A stretch of 51,131 nucleotides of DNA from an uncultured Thiosulfatimonas sp. (GCA_964574275.1 CAZNML010000003.1:1-51131); one strand, 5' to 3'; shown: positions 38,754 to 48,365, numbered from the stretch's first letter. Numbers and translations are program-made. Notes: generated by a model from the letters alone, not told the origin.

Positions 38754-40112
38754 TTACAGCAGGACGATGGTCGCTAGACCGAGGAAGACAAAAAAGCCTA
38801 AGGAGTCGGTCACAGTGGTCAGCATTAAACCGGAAGCCAGGGCAGGATCAATACGCATACGCTGTAGGATGAGTGGAATGCTGGCACCGGCCAGGGCGGC
38901 GGCGATCAGGTTTATCATTAGGGCGGAGGCAAAAATCAGGCTCAAAGCCAGATCCTGGAACCAAACCAGCACCGCAATGCCGGTTAAAAAGGCCCAGATA
39001 AGGCCGTTTAACAGCCCGACTGTAGTCTCTTTAATTAACAGCGAACGGCTGTTTTGACTGGCAAGTTTACCGGTAGCCAAAGCACGGATAACAATGGTGG
39101 CGGTCTGGGTGCCAGCAATACCGCCCATACTGGCAATAATCGGCATTAGAACGGCCAGTGCAACGATCTTTTCAATGGAGGCATCGAACAGACCGATGAC
39201 AATAGAGGCAAAAATAGCGGTTAACAGGTTGATGCCCAGCCAGAAGGTACGGCGTTTGGCAGAGCGCGTGGCGGGCGCAAAGATATCTTCATCTTCATTT
39301 AGACCGGCGCTGGCCATCTGCACGTGTTCACCCTCTTCACGGATGATGTCCACCACATCATCAATGGTGATGCGGCCAAGAATCTGGTTGTTGTCATTGA
39401 GGACAGCGATTGAGATCAGATCGTGTTTTTCAAACAGTTGCGCGACCTCTTTTTCTGGGGTGAAGGCGCGTGCACTGGGTTTGCTGGTGTTAATCAGATC
39501 GGATACCAGCATGTCCGGATCGTTGGTCAGTAGAGAGTTTAGGCTTAAGGTTCCGGCATAAAAGCCGTTACGATCGCTGACAAACAGGTCCAGGGTGGCG
39601 GGTGGCAGTTCACCGAGCTTACGCAGATAGCGCAGCACAACGTCTAAAGAGACATCGGCACGTACCGAAATAAAGTCGGTACTCATCAGCCCCCCGGCGG
39701 TATCATCCGGATAGGCCATAGCGGTTTCAACCGCGGTACGATCCTCTTCGTTCAGAGAGTCAAGCAGGGTTTGCTGGCTTTGATCATCCAGAGATTGCGC
39801 GATGTCGGTAATGTCATCGGTCTCGAGGTTCTCGGTAATCTCGGTGATTTCATGCGGTGCAAGCTGTTCAAGCAGGCTGGCGCGAACCTCATCATTGGTA
39901 TGCGCGAGTATTTCACCTTGCAGGTCGGCATCCAACAGATCCCATAGGTAGTGACGCGCCTTGGGAGGCATCGACTCCAGCAGTTCCGCAATGTCTTCAT
40001 CAACCAGTAGGGCGGTAAGGGTATTGATCTGCTCAAGATTCTGCTCTTCAATGGCCGCAAGGAGTTGCTGGGCAATCTGTGCTTTATCGATAACAGTGTT
40101 GCTCTGTGACAT
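38754..40112 (-). CDS. mgtE: Magnesium transporter MgtE
   Basis: YPDDTAGGLM, CBS pair, GRITIDDVVD, LMPIIASMGG.AGTQ, DPALASG..LTTVTD. Confidence 0.97.
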   Translation of the reverse strand: MSQSNTVIDKAQIAQQLLAAIEEQNLEQINTLTALLVDEDIAELLESMPPKARHYLWDLLDADLQGEILAHTNDEVRASLLEQLAPHEITEITENLETDDITDIAQSLDDQSQQTLLDSLNEEDRTAVETAMAYPDDTAGGLMSTDFISVRADVSLDVVLRYLRKLGELPPATLDLFVSDRNGFYAGTLSLNSLLTNDPDMLVSDLINTSKPSARAFTPEKEVAQLFEKHDLISIAVLNDNNQILGRITIDDVVDIIREEGEHVQMASAGLNEDEDIFAPATRSAKRRTFWLGINLLTAIFASIVIGLFDASIEKIVALAVLMPIIASMGGIAGTQTATIVIRALATGKLASQNSRSLLIKETTVGLLNGLIWAFLTGIAVLVWFQDLALSLIFASALMINLIAAALAGASIPLILQRMRIDPALASGLMLTTVTDSLGFFVFLGLATIVLL

Positions 40113-40217
40113 AGCGCCTCCTTACTTACATTAAAAATAGATCATCGCTTTTATTGTAGCAGGCCAGTGTGTCAATTTAGTGAAAAAATAGTGTGGAGTA
40201 ACAGGTCTATAGAAATG

Positions 40218-40245
40218 AAAACGCCCGAACTGAGTCGGGCGTTTT
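40218..40245. terminator. Intrinsic terminator downstream of hpf
   Basis: AAAACGCCCGA..TCGGGCGTTTT. Confidence 0.8.
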
Positions 40246-40273
40246 GAGTGTGTTAAACAATAGGGCGTGTGGT

Positions 40274-40597
40274 TTATACCGCCATATTTTTTACACCACC
40301 AGATTTTTTATTGTGATCACTGATTTTTTCTTTATGTTTAATGATTTGGCGATCTAATTTATCAACCAAGCCGTCAATAGAGGCATACATATCATCAGTG
40401 TCGTGTTGTGCAAATAAATCTGCGCCAGATGCATGAACAGTTGCTTCAGCTTTTTGCTGTTGTTTTTCAACAGTTAGAATCACGTGGACATTGGTGACGT
40501 GATCAAAATGGCGTTCTAGTTTTTCCATTTTTTCTGAAACATAGTCACGAAGTGCATCGGTAACTTCTACGTGGTGGCCAGTAATATTAATTTGCAT
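40274..40597 (-). CDS. hpf: Ribosome hibernation promoting factor
   Basis: MQINITGHHVEVTDALRDYV, DMYASIDGLVDKLDRQ. Confidence 0.96.
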   Translation of the reverse strand: MQINITGHHVEVTDALRDYVSEKMEKLERHFDHVTNVHVILTVEKQQQKAEATVHASGADLFAQHDTDDMYASIDGLVDKLDRQIIKHKEKISDHNKKSGGVKNMAV

Positions 40598-40716
40598 GAT
40601 CGCTCCTTTCTTCTTGTGTTTTGCGATGTAACAGCTCTGCTTTAAATATCGATATATGCTTGAGCTTCAAATTCAGTATAACATCAAGCGCTGAAAAAAC
40701 AGCAGTAATTTTATGT

Positions 40717-40751
40717 AAAAATACGCCCTATTTTTTGTGTGGATAGGGCGT
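40717..40751 (-). terminator. Probable terminator downstream of lptB
   Basis: Minus strand ACGCCCTAT-loop-ATAGGGCGT followed by ATTTTT. Confidence 0.6.
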
Positions 40752-40778
40752 CAAAAAAATGATAAATGTTGTCCGTTG

Positions 40779-41501
40779 TTAAATGAAGTCCTCTCCCAGA
40801 TAAACACGTCGAACTTCGCTGTGATTGAGGACCTCTTCCGGTTTGCCGGAAGCTAAAATGGTGCCGGCATGCAAAATATAGGCTTGATCACAGACCCCTA
40901 GGGTTTCACGTACATTGTGGTCGGTAATCAGTACCCCAATGCCTTTGTCTTTCAGGTGCAGAATAATGTTTTGAATATCTTTGACGGAGATCGGGTCAAC
41001 CCCGGCAAAAGGTTCATCCAATAGTATAAACGTGGGTTCCATCGCCAGGGCGCGTGCAATTTCAACGCGTCGACGTTCACCACCGGACAGCGCCTGCCCG
41101 GGTTGTTCGAGTATGTGTCCAATCTGCAGGTCATCAACCAGGTGTTCAAAGATACTGTTACGTTGATCGCTGTCCAGTTCTGGACGCATCTCCAGGATGG
41201 CGCGAATGTTCTCTTCTACCGTTAACTTACGAAAGACGGAGGCCTCTTGCGGCAGGTAGCCAATACCACGTTTGGCTCTTTCATGAATTGGCAGTTTACT
41301 GATCTCTTCGTCGCCAAGGTAGATCTCTCCGCCGTCATTTTCCACCAGGCCTGTCATCATATAGAAGGTGGTGGTTTTACCGGCTCCATTCGGTCCCAGC
41401 AGGCCTACCACTTGTCCATTGTGTACGTCGAGGTCAACTGAGGTGACCACGGTACGTTTTTTATAGCTTTTGGCTAGGTTGCGGGCGTAAAAATGAGACA
41501 C
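40779..41501 (-). CDS. lptB: LPS export ABC ATPase
   Basis: [50 protein letters not shown]; GTG start. Confidence 0.98.
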   Translation of the reverse strand: MSHFYARNLAKSYKKRTVVTSVDLDVHNGQVVGLLGPNGAGKTTTFYMMTGLVENDGGEIYLGDEEISKLPIHERAKRGIGYLPQEASVFRKLTVEENIRAILEMRPELDSDQRNSIFEHLVDDLQIGHILEQPGQALSGGERRRVEIARALAMEPTFILLDEPFAGVDPISVKDIQNIILHLKDKGIGVLITDHNVRETLGVCDQAYILHAGTILASGKPEEVLNHSEVRRVYLGEDFI

Positions 41502-41523
41502 GGATGATTTCCTACATAAAAAA

Positions 41524-42069
41524 TTACGGTTTATTCTTATCTTTTGTAGCCGGTTCAGGCATCAACGTCACTGAGATGCGCTGCTTCTGTTTTGGGGTGC
41601 TTTGCGCTTTCAAAGTTTTGTTCTGCATGTCATAGAACAGTTTTGGCCCGGTGATCAGGTGTTTGCCTGGCTGTTCAACTTTGGCGCTGCCAATTAACAG
41701 CAGGGTGCGCTCATCGGCCTGATAGTGAATGAAGTCCGCTCGGCCTTTTACCCAGGTCTGCTCGACAGCGTCAAAACGTTTAAACCGGGCTTGCTGGCCG
41801 GTGACTTTGATCGATTGTACGCTGCGTTCAGGGTGCTGGATGGTAATGCGGTCGCCATTCAAGGTCAGAGAGCCTTGAATTACTTCAACACGGCCTGTAT
41901 AGACACTCAATCCGGTTTGATCTTGAATATCAAGAGAGTCGGCAGAGATGTGTACCGGTTGTTCCTCATCAGGCGTGGTTGTATCCGCTAAGGCTTCGGC
42001 AAAAGCGGGCCATGCCGTGAGGCTGAATAGCACAGAGATAAAAAGAGCGGTTAACCTGGTGTTGTGCAT
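41524..42069 (-). CDS. lptA: LPS transport periplasmic protein
   Basis: Signal peptide; [20 protein letters not shown]; synteny. Confidence 0.9.
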   Translation of the reverse strand: MHNTRLTALFISVLFSLTAWPAFAEALADTTTPDEEQPVHISADSLDIQDQTGLSVYTGRVEVIQGSLTLNGDRITIQHPERSVQSIKVTGQQARFKRFDAVEQTWVKGRADFIHYQADERTLLLIGSAKVEQPGKHLITGPKLFYDMQNKTLKAQSTPKQKQRISVTLMPEPATKDKNKP

Positions 42070-42081
42070 GTTTGTGTCTCG

Positions 42082-42672
42082 TTACTTTTGGCTGTCTTGT
42101 GGCTGGTAGTCCGTTTGCACATCTGACAGCAGTTGGTAGTGCCTGTTCTGAATATCGGCTTTCAGGCCTGTTCCAGTGGTTGTGGCGTTAGGCTGAGTGA
42201 TCTCAACCCGCTGATCACTGGTAAGCACCTGTGTCTCTGAATTATAAGTGATGTACTCGGTTTTTAAGGTTTTATTTTGATCTGCCTGACTCAGCTGTTG
42301 GATCGGTTGGTCGAACTGGGTTAAAACAACTTTACCACTGAGTTCAAGTTCATTGTCGTTGATAGAGTGCCCATTTTCACTGCGAATAAAAAGGGTCTGC
42401 TCGGCTTGAATCATAGTGACACGGGGTTCGGTGAAGTCGCTGCTTTTAGCGGCATCATCGTAAAACAGGGTGTCTGCCTGAATGGTGGAACCGGGTTGAT
42501 TGCTGACCTTGTCAAATTGCCAGGTGGTGCTGTTGAATAGTTGCCAGCTGTAGCCGGACTCTTCTAAGGTGCTGGAGGCGGGAGGAGCTTTTTTAGCGGT
42601 CTGTTGGAAAACAAACCACAGGGCGAATACAGAGAGGATGAGTGTAAACAAGGTAAAGCGGATGTTTAGCAT
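42082..42672 (-). CDS. lptC: LPS export protein LptC
   Basis: N-terminal TM plus beta-jellyroll pattern (LSGKVVL, LKTEYI, TGTGLKAD); between kdsC and lptA. Confidence 0.85.
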   Translation of the reverse strand: MLNIRFTLFTLILSVFALWFVFQQTAKKAPPASSTLEESGYSWQLFNSTTWQFDKVSNQPGSTIQADTLFYDDAAKSSDFTEPRVTMIQAEQTLFIRSENGHSINDNELELSGKVVLTQFDQPIQQLSQADQNKTLKTEYITYNSETQVLTSDQRVEITQPNATTTGTGLKADIQNRHYQLLSDVQTDYQPQDSQK

Positions 42673-42721
42673 GCGGTCCTCTCTGAGTCTTTTAATAGAT
42701 CAAAGTTTGATTTTACTCGTT

Positions 42722-43264
42722 TTACAGCTCTTTTCGAAGATAAAAATCCATGTGCTGTTGCCAACTGCCTTGTGACTTCATTAACAGTTCACACATTTCA
42801 CGCACGCAGCCACGTCCACCAATAAACTCAGAGACGTAGTCAACACGTGGTTTGACTTCAATATCACCATCTGCTGGCGTGGCGGACAGTCCGACACGTG
42901 TTAAGATCGGCAGATCTAAGATATCATCGCCGATGTAAGCGATCTGTTCCAAATCCAGACTTAACTCTTCAACCAGCTTAATAAAGGTCGGCAGTTTGTC
43001 CGGTACACCCTGGTGTACATGTTTGACCTTGAGGTCACGCATGCGGTTTGCAACCAGTGTTGACTTGCGGCCAGTGATAATACCGATATCGATTCCAGAT
43101 TTTTGCAGCATGACCATGCCGTGGCCATCACGGGTGTAGAATGTTTTGGTTTCAACACCATCGTCACTGTAGTGCAGCAGGTTGTTGGTCATGACGCCGT
43201 CAACGTCGAGTAACAGCAGTTTGATCTTTTTAGCTTTGGCGATGATTTCTGGTGAAAATTCCAT
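42722..43264 (-). CDS. kdsC: KDO 8-phosphate phosphatase
   Basis: HAD motif LDVDGVMT, IITGRKS, YIGDDILDLP, GGRGCVRE. Confidence 0.96.
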   Translation of the reverse strand: MEFSPEIIAKAKKIKLLLLDVDGVMTNNLLHYSDDGVETKTFYTRDGHGMVMLQKSGIDIGIITGRKSTLVANRMRDLKVKHVHQGVPDKLPTFIKLVEELSLDLEQIAYIGDDILDLPILTRVGLSATPADGDIEVKPRVDYVSEFIGGRGCVREMCELLMKSQGSWQQHMDFYLRKEL

Positions 43265-43310
43265 GTCTGTTAAGCCTTGTTAGTGGTCGGTAATAGCAAA
43301 AATGAACTTG

Positions 43311-44306
43311 TTATGCGCCGGTAGAGCGGAAATATAACGTCACTAAATATGCCACAAAGCCGAAGGTAAGTAAAAGCCCTTTTGAGGTGCTGATAACGGC
43401 ATCGCCTTTTCTAGAGATCGCCAGCAGCAACATGGCCAGAGTAAAGCCAAGCATGACGATCATATCCACCGACAGGACTTCAGGTGTTAATACCGATGGC
43501 GCCAGAATCGCCGGTACCGCCAGTACGGCCAGGATATTAAACAGGTTGGAGCCGACGATATTACCGATCATTAGATCGGCCTCGTTTTTGCGTGCTGCGG
43601 CAATGGCGGCTGCCAGTTCAGGTAGACTGGTTCCAATGGCGATAATGGTCAGACCGATAACCACTTCAGGTACTTCAAAGAAGGTGGCGATCTCTACCGC
43701 ACCCCATACCATCATTTTGGCGCTGACCATCAGCACGATCAGGCCACCCAGCAGCATGATCAGCGCTTTGTTCATGGTGTGCTCAGCCAGGCTCTCTACC
43801 GCTTCATTGGTCTCTTCAGCAAGCGGATCTTTTGGATCAACCGATTTGTTGACCTTGATCATCCATAGCATCACCAATACCAGTGTTACCGCCAGGATCA
43901 GACCGTCTATCAGACCGAGTTCACCATCAATCATTAATAGGTAGGCACCGATGGAGATGGCCATCAATACTGGAAGTTCACGTCGTATTAAGGTGGATTT
44001 TACGACAATGGGAGCGATCAGGGCGGTGACACCCAGTACCAGACCGATATTAGCGATATTGGAACCGATGGCATTACCGATGGCGAGCCCCGGACTGTTG
44101 TCAATCGAAGCTAAGCTGGCGACTACGATCTCCGGCATGGAGGTACCAAAACCGAGAACGACCACACCGATAATCAATGGGGAGATCGAAAGGTGTATCG
44201 CCGTGCTGGCCGCTCCGTCAATGAAAATGTCTGAACTCCAAACCAGTAGCGCTAAGCCGATTATTAGGATTAGGGTGGGAAGAAGTAGGGTGGTAGTCAT
44301 AGCCAT
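43311..44306 (-). CDS. yrbG: Ca2+/Na+ antiporter (CaCA family, YrbG)
   Basis: Two alpha repeats GTSMPE..GNAIGSNI and GTSLPE..GNIVGSNL. Confidence 0.93.
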   Translation of the reverse strand: MAMTTTLLLPTLILIIGLALLVWSSDIFIDGAASTAIHLSISPLIIGVVVLGFGTSMPEIVVASLASIDNSPGLAIGNAIGSNIANIGLVLGVTALIAPIVVKSTLIRRELPVLMAISIGAYLLMIDGELGLIDGLILAVTLVLVMLWMIKVNKSVDPKDPLAEETNEAVESLAEHTMNKALIMLLGGLIVLMVSAKMMVWGAVEIATFFEVPEVVIGLTIIAIGTSLPELAAAIAAARKNEADLMIGNIVGSNLFNILAVLAVPAILAPSVLTPEVLSVDMIVMLGFTLAMLLLAISRKGDAVISTSKGLLLTFGFVAYLVTLYFRSTGA

Positions 44307-44445
44307 TGTCTTTTTGAATCACTTAAGTTAGTGGGGCATTATAACTAATGTGATGGAATGATATAAAATTAATTTATGCAGGAGGGGCTACGAAACGGAG
44401 TTTGATGAAGTAAACTGGGCAAATTATTGTGTAGAAGATAATGAA

Positions 44446-45060
44446 TTGGAGCGCTGTTTGAATAATTTACAGATCGGTACGCTGGGTTGGTTGCACTCGG
44501 ATTGGGTTGGTGGCTTCTATCCTGATGATATGCCACAGGAGTGGCAGCTCGATTACTACAGCAATGCCTTTAGAGTGGTGTTAGTGCCTGAAAATCAGTG
44601 GCTCAGTTGGTCAGATGAAGATCTGGAGGAGTGTGTTGATGGCGTGGAAGGGGAGTTTGGCTACTATCTTAAGGTCGAGCAGCAGATTACCGAAGACAAG
44701 GCGCAGCAGTTGCAGGCTGTTCAGCAGGGTTTAGGCTCGCTGTTAAAAGGGGTGGTGGTGTTTTCAGAGACGGAGATTCCTGAGGCCATGATTCACGGAC
44801 AGCCGGTGACGCTGGTTTCCACAAGTTTGCGTCTGCCCGGCTGGAGTTATCAGACTGAGGCGTTTACCTTATCGGGGAATCCGCTTGGTTTCTGCGCTCA
44901 ACTGCAGGAAGACGGTAAATGGCAGGCCGCGCTGCTAAAAGATTTTATGCACTCTCTGCCGGATAATATCAGCGGCGCAGCCTTTTTTATTGGTGGGGAT
45001 TCAATTAATATGACCCAGGTTGCGAATCTAAAAGTCGTCGGTGAGTTTTTAGGTTATTAA
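44446..45060 (+). CDS. DUF72 (YecE-like) domain protein, short/divergent
   Basis: N-terminus IGTLGW.HSDWVGGFYPDD..WQLDYYS..F resembles DUF72; TTG start uncertain. Confidence 0.6.
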   Translation: MERCLNNLQIGTLGWLHSDWVGGFYPDDMPQEWQLDYYSNAFRVVLVPENQWLSWSDEDLEECVDGVEGEFGYYLKVEQQITEDKAQQLQAVQQGLGSLLKGVVVFSETEIPEAMIHGQPVTLVSTSLRLPGWSYQTEAFTLSGNPLGFCAQLQEDGKWQAALLKDFMHSLPDNISGAAFFIGGDSINMTQVANLKVVGEFLGY

Positions 45061-45173
45061 TAAGTAATAAAATAGGGCCTTATCAGATCATTTTTGTCGC
45101 CTTGAGTTTTAAAATGATCAGGCCTGGTTATAATTGACCGCTTTTAAAACCAGCAAACACTGTTTCCATCAGA

Positions 45174-45992
45174 ATGAATGATATGAACCAATCTGACACC
45201 CTAATAGAAATACAGAATTTGAGCTTTTCACGTGGATCGCGAACCATTTTTGATGATCTGAGTTTGTCGATTCCAAAAGGCAAGGTTACCGCGATTATGG
45301 GGCCAAGCGGTACCGGAAAAACCACGCTGTTAAAACTGATTGCCGGACAGCTGAAGCCCGAGCAGGGCACTATTCAGGTTGAAGGGCAGAATGTTCATAA
45401 GTTGAAACGCTCTAAGCTGTATGAGTTACGTCAAAAGATGGGCATGCTGTTTCAAAGTGGTGCTCTGCTAACCGACTTGAATGTGTTTGATAATGTGGCT
45501 TTTCCGCTCAGAGAGCATACCCGCTTGCCGGAGTCGGTGATAGAGCCTTTGGTATTGATGAAGCTGCAGGCAGTCGGGCTGATGGGCGCACGTGATTTGA
45601 AGCCGGCGGAGCTGTCCGGCGGGATGTCTCGCCGAGTGGCTTTGGCGCGGGGCATCGCCCTGGATCCGGAAATGATTTTTTATGATGAGCCGTTTGTCGG
45701 GCAGGATCCGATTACCATGGGCGTGCTGGTGAAACTGATTCGCAAGCTGAACGACAGTTTGGGTCTGACCAGCGTGGTAGTCTCGCACGATGTGAATGAG
45801 GTGCTCTCTATTGCCGATTATGTCTGTGTGTTGTCTGAGGGTAAAATTATTGCGCAGGGCACCACGCAGGAGCTGTTAGAGAGTGACTGTGATTATGTGA
45901 ACCAGTTTATCAATGGTTTGCCTGATGGCCCGGTGCCATTCCACTACTCGGATGAGTCTTATGACCACGTTATGCGTAAGGAGAGTCTTTAA
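45174..45992 (+). CDS. mlaF: Phospholipid asymmetry ABC ATPase
   Basis: GPSGTGKTT, MLFQSGAL, LSGGMSRRVALAR, YDEPFVGQDP. Confidence 0.95.
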   Translation: MNDMNQSDTLIEIQNLSFSRGSRTIFDDLSLSIPKGKVTAIMGPSGTGKTTLLKLIAGQLKPEQGTIQVEGQNVHKLKRSKLYELRQKMGMLFQSGALLTDLNVFDNVAFPLREHTRLPESVIEPLVLMKLQAVGLMGARDLKPAELSGGMSRRVALARGIALDPEMIFYDEPFVGQDPITMGVLVKLIRKLNDSLGLTSVVVSHDVNEVLSIADYVCVLSEGKIIAQGTTQELLESDCDYVNQFINGLPDGPVPFHYSDESYDHVMRKESL

Positions 45993-46786
45993 TGGCTATA
46001 TTACAGACGCTATTGATGCGCCTTGGTGATCTGGGCGCTCGCGTGTTTGCACTGCTGTCCGGCTTAGGGCGCATGGCTTTTTTTGTGGCCTCTTTACTAC
46101 CGGCGCTGCCTTACTCTTTTATTCGTTTAGAGCTGCTGGTAAAGCAGGTTTATGTTGCTGGTGTGTTGTCGCTGCCAATTATTCTGACCGCCGGTCTGTT
46201 TGTCGGTATGGTGTTGACTCTGCAGGGTTATAATGTGCTGGTTGACTATAACTCGGAAGAGGCGGTAGGTACCATGACCGCGCTGTCGCTGCTGCGAGAG
46301 CTGGGGCCGGTGGTGGCCGCGCTGTTGTTTGCCGGTCGCGCCGGTTCGGCTCTGACGGCGGAGATCGGTTTGATGCGCTCTACCGAGCAACTCTCTGCGT
46401 TGGAGATGATGGCGGTTGATCCGTTAAAGTATATTTTTGCCCCGCGTTTCAGTGCGGCTTTTATCACGCTGCCGATGTTGTCCCTGCTGTTTATCGCTAT
46501 GGGAGTGTTGGGAGGCTATCTGGTTGCGGTCGGCTGGTTAGGTGTGGATGAAGGCTCTTTCTGGTCTCAGATGCAGGACTCGGTCGACTGGCAGGAAGAT
46601 GTGATGAATGGAATCATCAAGTCGATCGCCTTTGCGGCCTTGGTTGCCACGATTGCGCTGTTCCAGGGGTATGATGCGATGCCGACTTCAGAAGGTGTCA
46701 GCAACGCCACCACTCGAACAGTGGTACACTCCTCTTTAGGAGTATTAGGTTTAGACTTTATTTTGACAACCATGATGTTTAGTTAA
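45992..46786 (+). CDS. mlaE: Phospholipid asymmetry ABC permease
   Basis: LLRELGPVVAALLFAGRAGSALTAEIGLM. Confidence 0.96.
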   Translation: MAILQTLLMRLGDLGARVFALLSGLGRMAFFVASLLPALPYSFIRLELLVKQVYVAGVLSLPIILTAGLFVGMVLTLQGYNVLVDYNSEEAVGTMTALSLLRELGPVVAALLFAGRAGSALTAEIGLMRSTEQLSALEMMAVDPLKYIFAPRFSAAFITLPMLSLLFIAMGVLGGYLVAVGWLGVDEGSFWSQMQDSVDWQEDVMNGIIKSIAFAALVATIALFQGYDAMPTSEGVSNATTRTVVHSSLGVLGLDFILTTMMFS

Positions 46787-46806
46787 GCAGCATTAAAGGG
46801 ATATAG

Positions 46807-47271
46807 ATGAAACGTCAGTTAAAAGTGGAAATTTGGGTAGGTGCATTTGTCTTGATGACACTGGTCTCACTGGCTGTGATCGCCTTGCAGGTCAGTAATT
46901 TTAACAGCTGGAAAGAGAAGTCAAGCTATCAAGTGACCGCACTGTTCGACAATATTGGTGGGCTTAAGGTGCGTGCACCGGTTAAAATCAGTGGTGTGGT
47001 CGTCGGGCGTGTCACTGGGATTGAGGTTGACGCTCAAACTTACCAGGCGCGTGTGACCATGGATGTATTTTCAGAGTTTAGTGAACTGCCGATTGATACT
47101 TCGGGCTCTATTTTGACATCCGGCTTGCTGGGTGATCAGTATATCGGTCTGGAAGTCGGGGCTGAGGAAGAGGTGCTGCAGCATGGTGATCAGTTAGACC
47201 TTACGCAGTCGGCTCTGGTATTGGAAGAGTTAATTGGTCAGTTTCTAGTCAAATTTAGTGAAGGCGAGTAA
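46807..47271 (+). CDS. mlaD: MCE-domain protein MlaD
   Basis: FDNIGGLKVRAPV..GV.VGRV; ILTSGLLGDQYI; SALVLEELIGQF. Confidence 0.96.
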   Translation: MKRQLKVEIWVGAFVLMTLVSLAVIALQVSNFNSWKEKSSYQVTALFDNIGGLKVRAPVKISGVVVGRVTGIEVDAQTYQARVTMDVFSEFSELPIDTSGSILTSGLLGDQYIGLEVGAEEEVLQHGDQLDLTQSALVLEELIGQFLVKFSEGE

Positions 47272-47273
47272 AC

Positions 47274-47924
47274 ATGCAAGTGTCTCATTATAAATTTAAA
47301 ATAATCAACCTGTTGGCACTGTGTGCCATGCTGCTGGGGGTGAGTGTGCATGCACAGGCGCACGCCATCCCACAGGATGATCCGGAAAAAATGATTACTG
47401 TTCTGTCGGAGACGTTGATTGATGAGCTGAATAAGCAGCGTGCCGAACTTGAGGGTAGTCCAGAGAAGATAAAAGCGTTTGCGCAGAGTTATGTGCTGCC
47501 ATATGTGGATACGCCTAAAATGGCGCGTTATGTAATGGGGCGTTACTGGCGTACCACCAGTGCCGAGCAGAAAGAGGCGTTTCAACAGGAGTTCACCACC
47601 ACGTTGATGCGTTCTTACTCGTCGAGCCTGTTAAAACTGGAGATTACTTCGGTGGTGGTCAAACCACAGATCACCGAGAAGCCGGGGCGGGTCACAGTGG
47701 CTTCTGAGGTGACGCAGGCTGATGGTAATAAAAGTACTGTTGTGTACCGAGCGTATCTGAATAAGAAAACCGGGTTATGGATGGTGTACGACGTCGCCGT
47801 TGAGGGTGTCAGTATGCTGTTAAACTACCGTAAAACCTATGGCTCTGAGTTTTCCAAGTTTGGTGTGGATGCGGTGATTGAGTCGATGAAAGAGAAGAAC
47901 AAAAGTTTTAATGGTCAGGCTTAA
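47274..47924 (+). CDS. mlaC: Periplasmic phospholipid shuttle MlaC
   Basis: Signal peptide; MARYVMGRYWR; WMVYDVAVEGVSML.NYR. Confidence 0.93.
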   Translation: MQVSHYKFKIINLLALCAMLLGVSVHAQAHAIPQDDPEKMITVLSETLIDELNKQRAELEGSPEKIKAFAQSYVLPYVDTPKMARYVMGRYWRTTSAEQKEAFQQEFTTTLMRSYSSSLLKLEITSVVVKPQITEKPGRVTVASEVTQADGNKSTVVYRAYLNKKTGLWMVYDVAVEGVSMLLNYRKTYGSEFSKFGVDAVIESMKEKNKSFNGQA

Positions 47925-47936
47925 AGGTCACAGGCA

Positions 47937-48224
47937 GTGAAGAGACAGAGTGTGAACATAGAGTGGATAGCATCTGGGGTGTTGAAACTACCTGCGGTGG
48001 TCAATGTGGAGACGGTGCCTGAGCTTCTTAAGTTGGTTGACAGGGCTAAGCAGCCGTTAACAACGGTGGACTTCTCCGATGTGGTACAGGCGGACAGTGT
48101 AGCCCTGGCGCTGCTGTTGAAGTGGCAAACTGCCAGTAAACAGCCCATTCAGGTTCAGCATCTGCCTGAAGATCTGCAAACGCTGGTACATCTATATGAT
48201 TTGGAGAGTGTGTTACAGGTTTAA
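47937..48224 (+). CDS. mlaB: STAS-domain protein MlaB
   Basis: VDFSDV..ADS.ALALLL; LVHLYDL; synteny. Confidence 0.85.
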   Translation: MKRQSVNIEWIASGVLKLPAVVNVETVPELLKLVDRAKQPLTTVDFSDVVQADSVALALLLKWQTASKQPIQVQHLPEDLQTLVHLYDLESVLQV

Positions 48225-48365
48225 TAGGTTGCTACGCTTTTAATTCCCCCTCTTTGACCTTTCGTCTCGTTAAAGGTTTATTACATTAATAATTAAATTT
48301 TTACCTCGCTATCGAGGTATTTTTGCTTTAAGCGGTTCGCTTTTTTATTACACAAGGATTGGCTG

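Noticed and set aside
10576-45126. CAGGCCTG palindromes as a CRISPR array or IS ends
   Set aside because: Dispersed with kb-scale irregular spacing; no spacers, cas genes or transposase in the window
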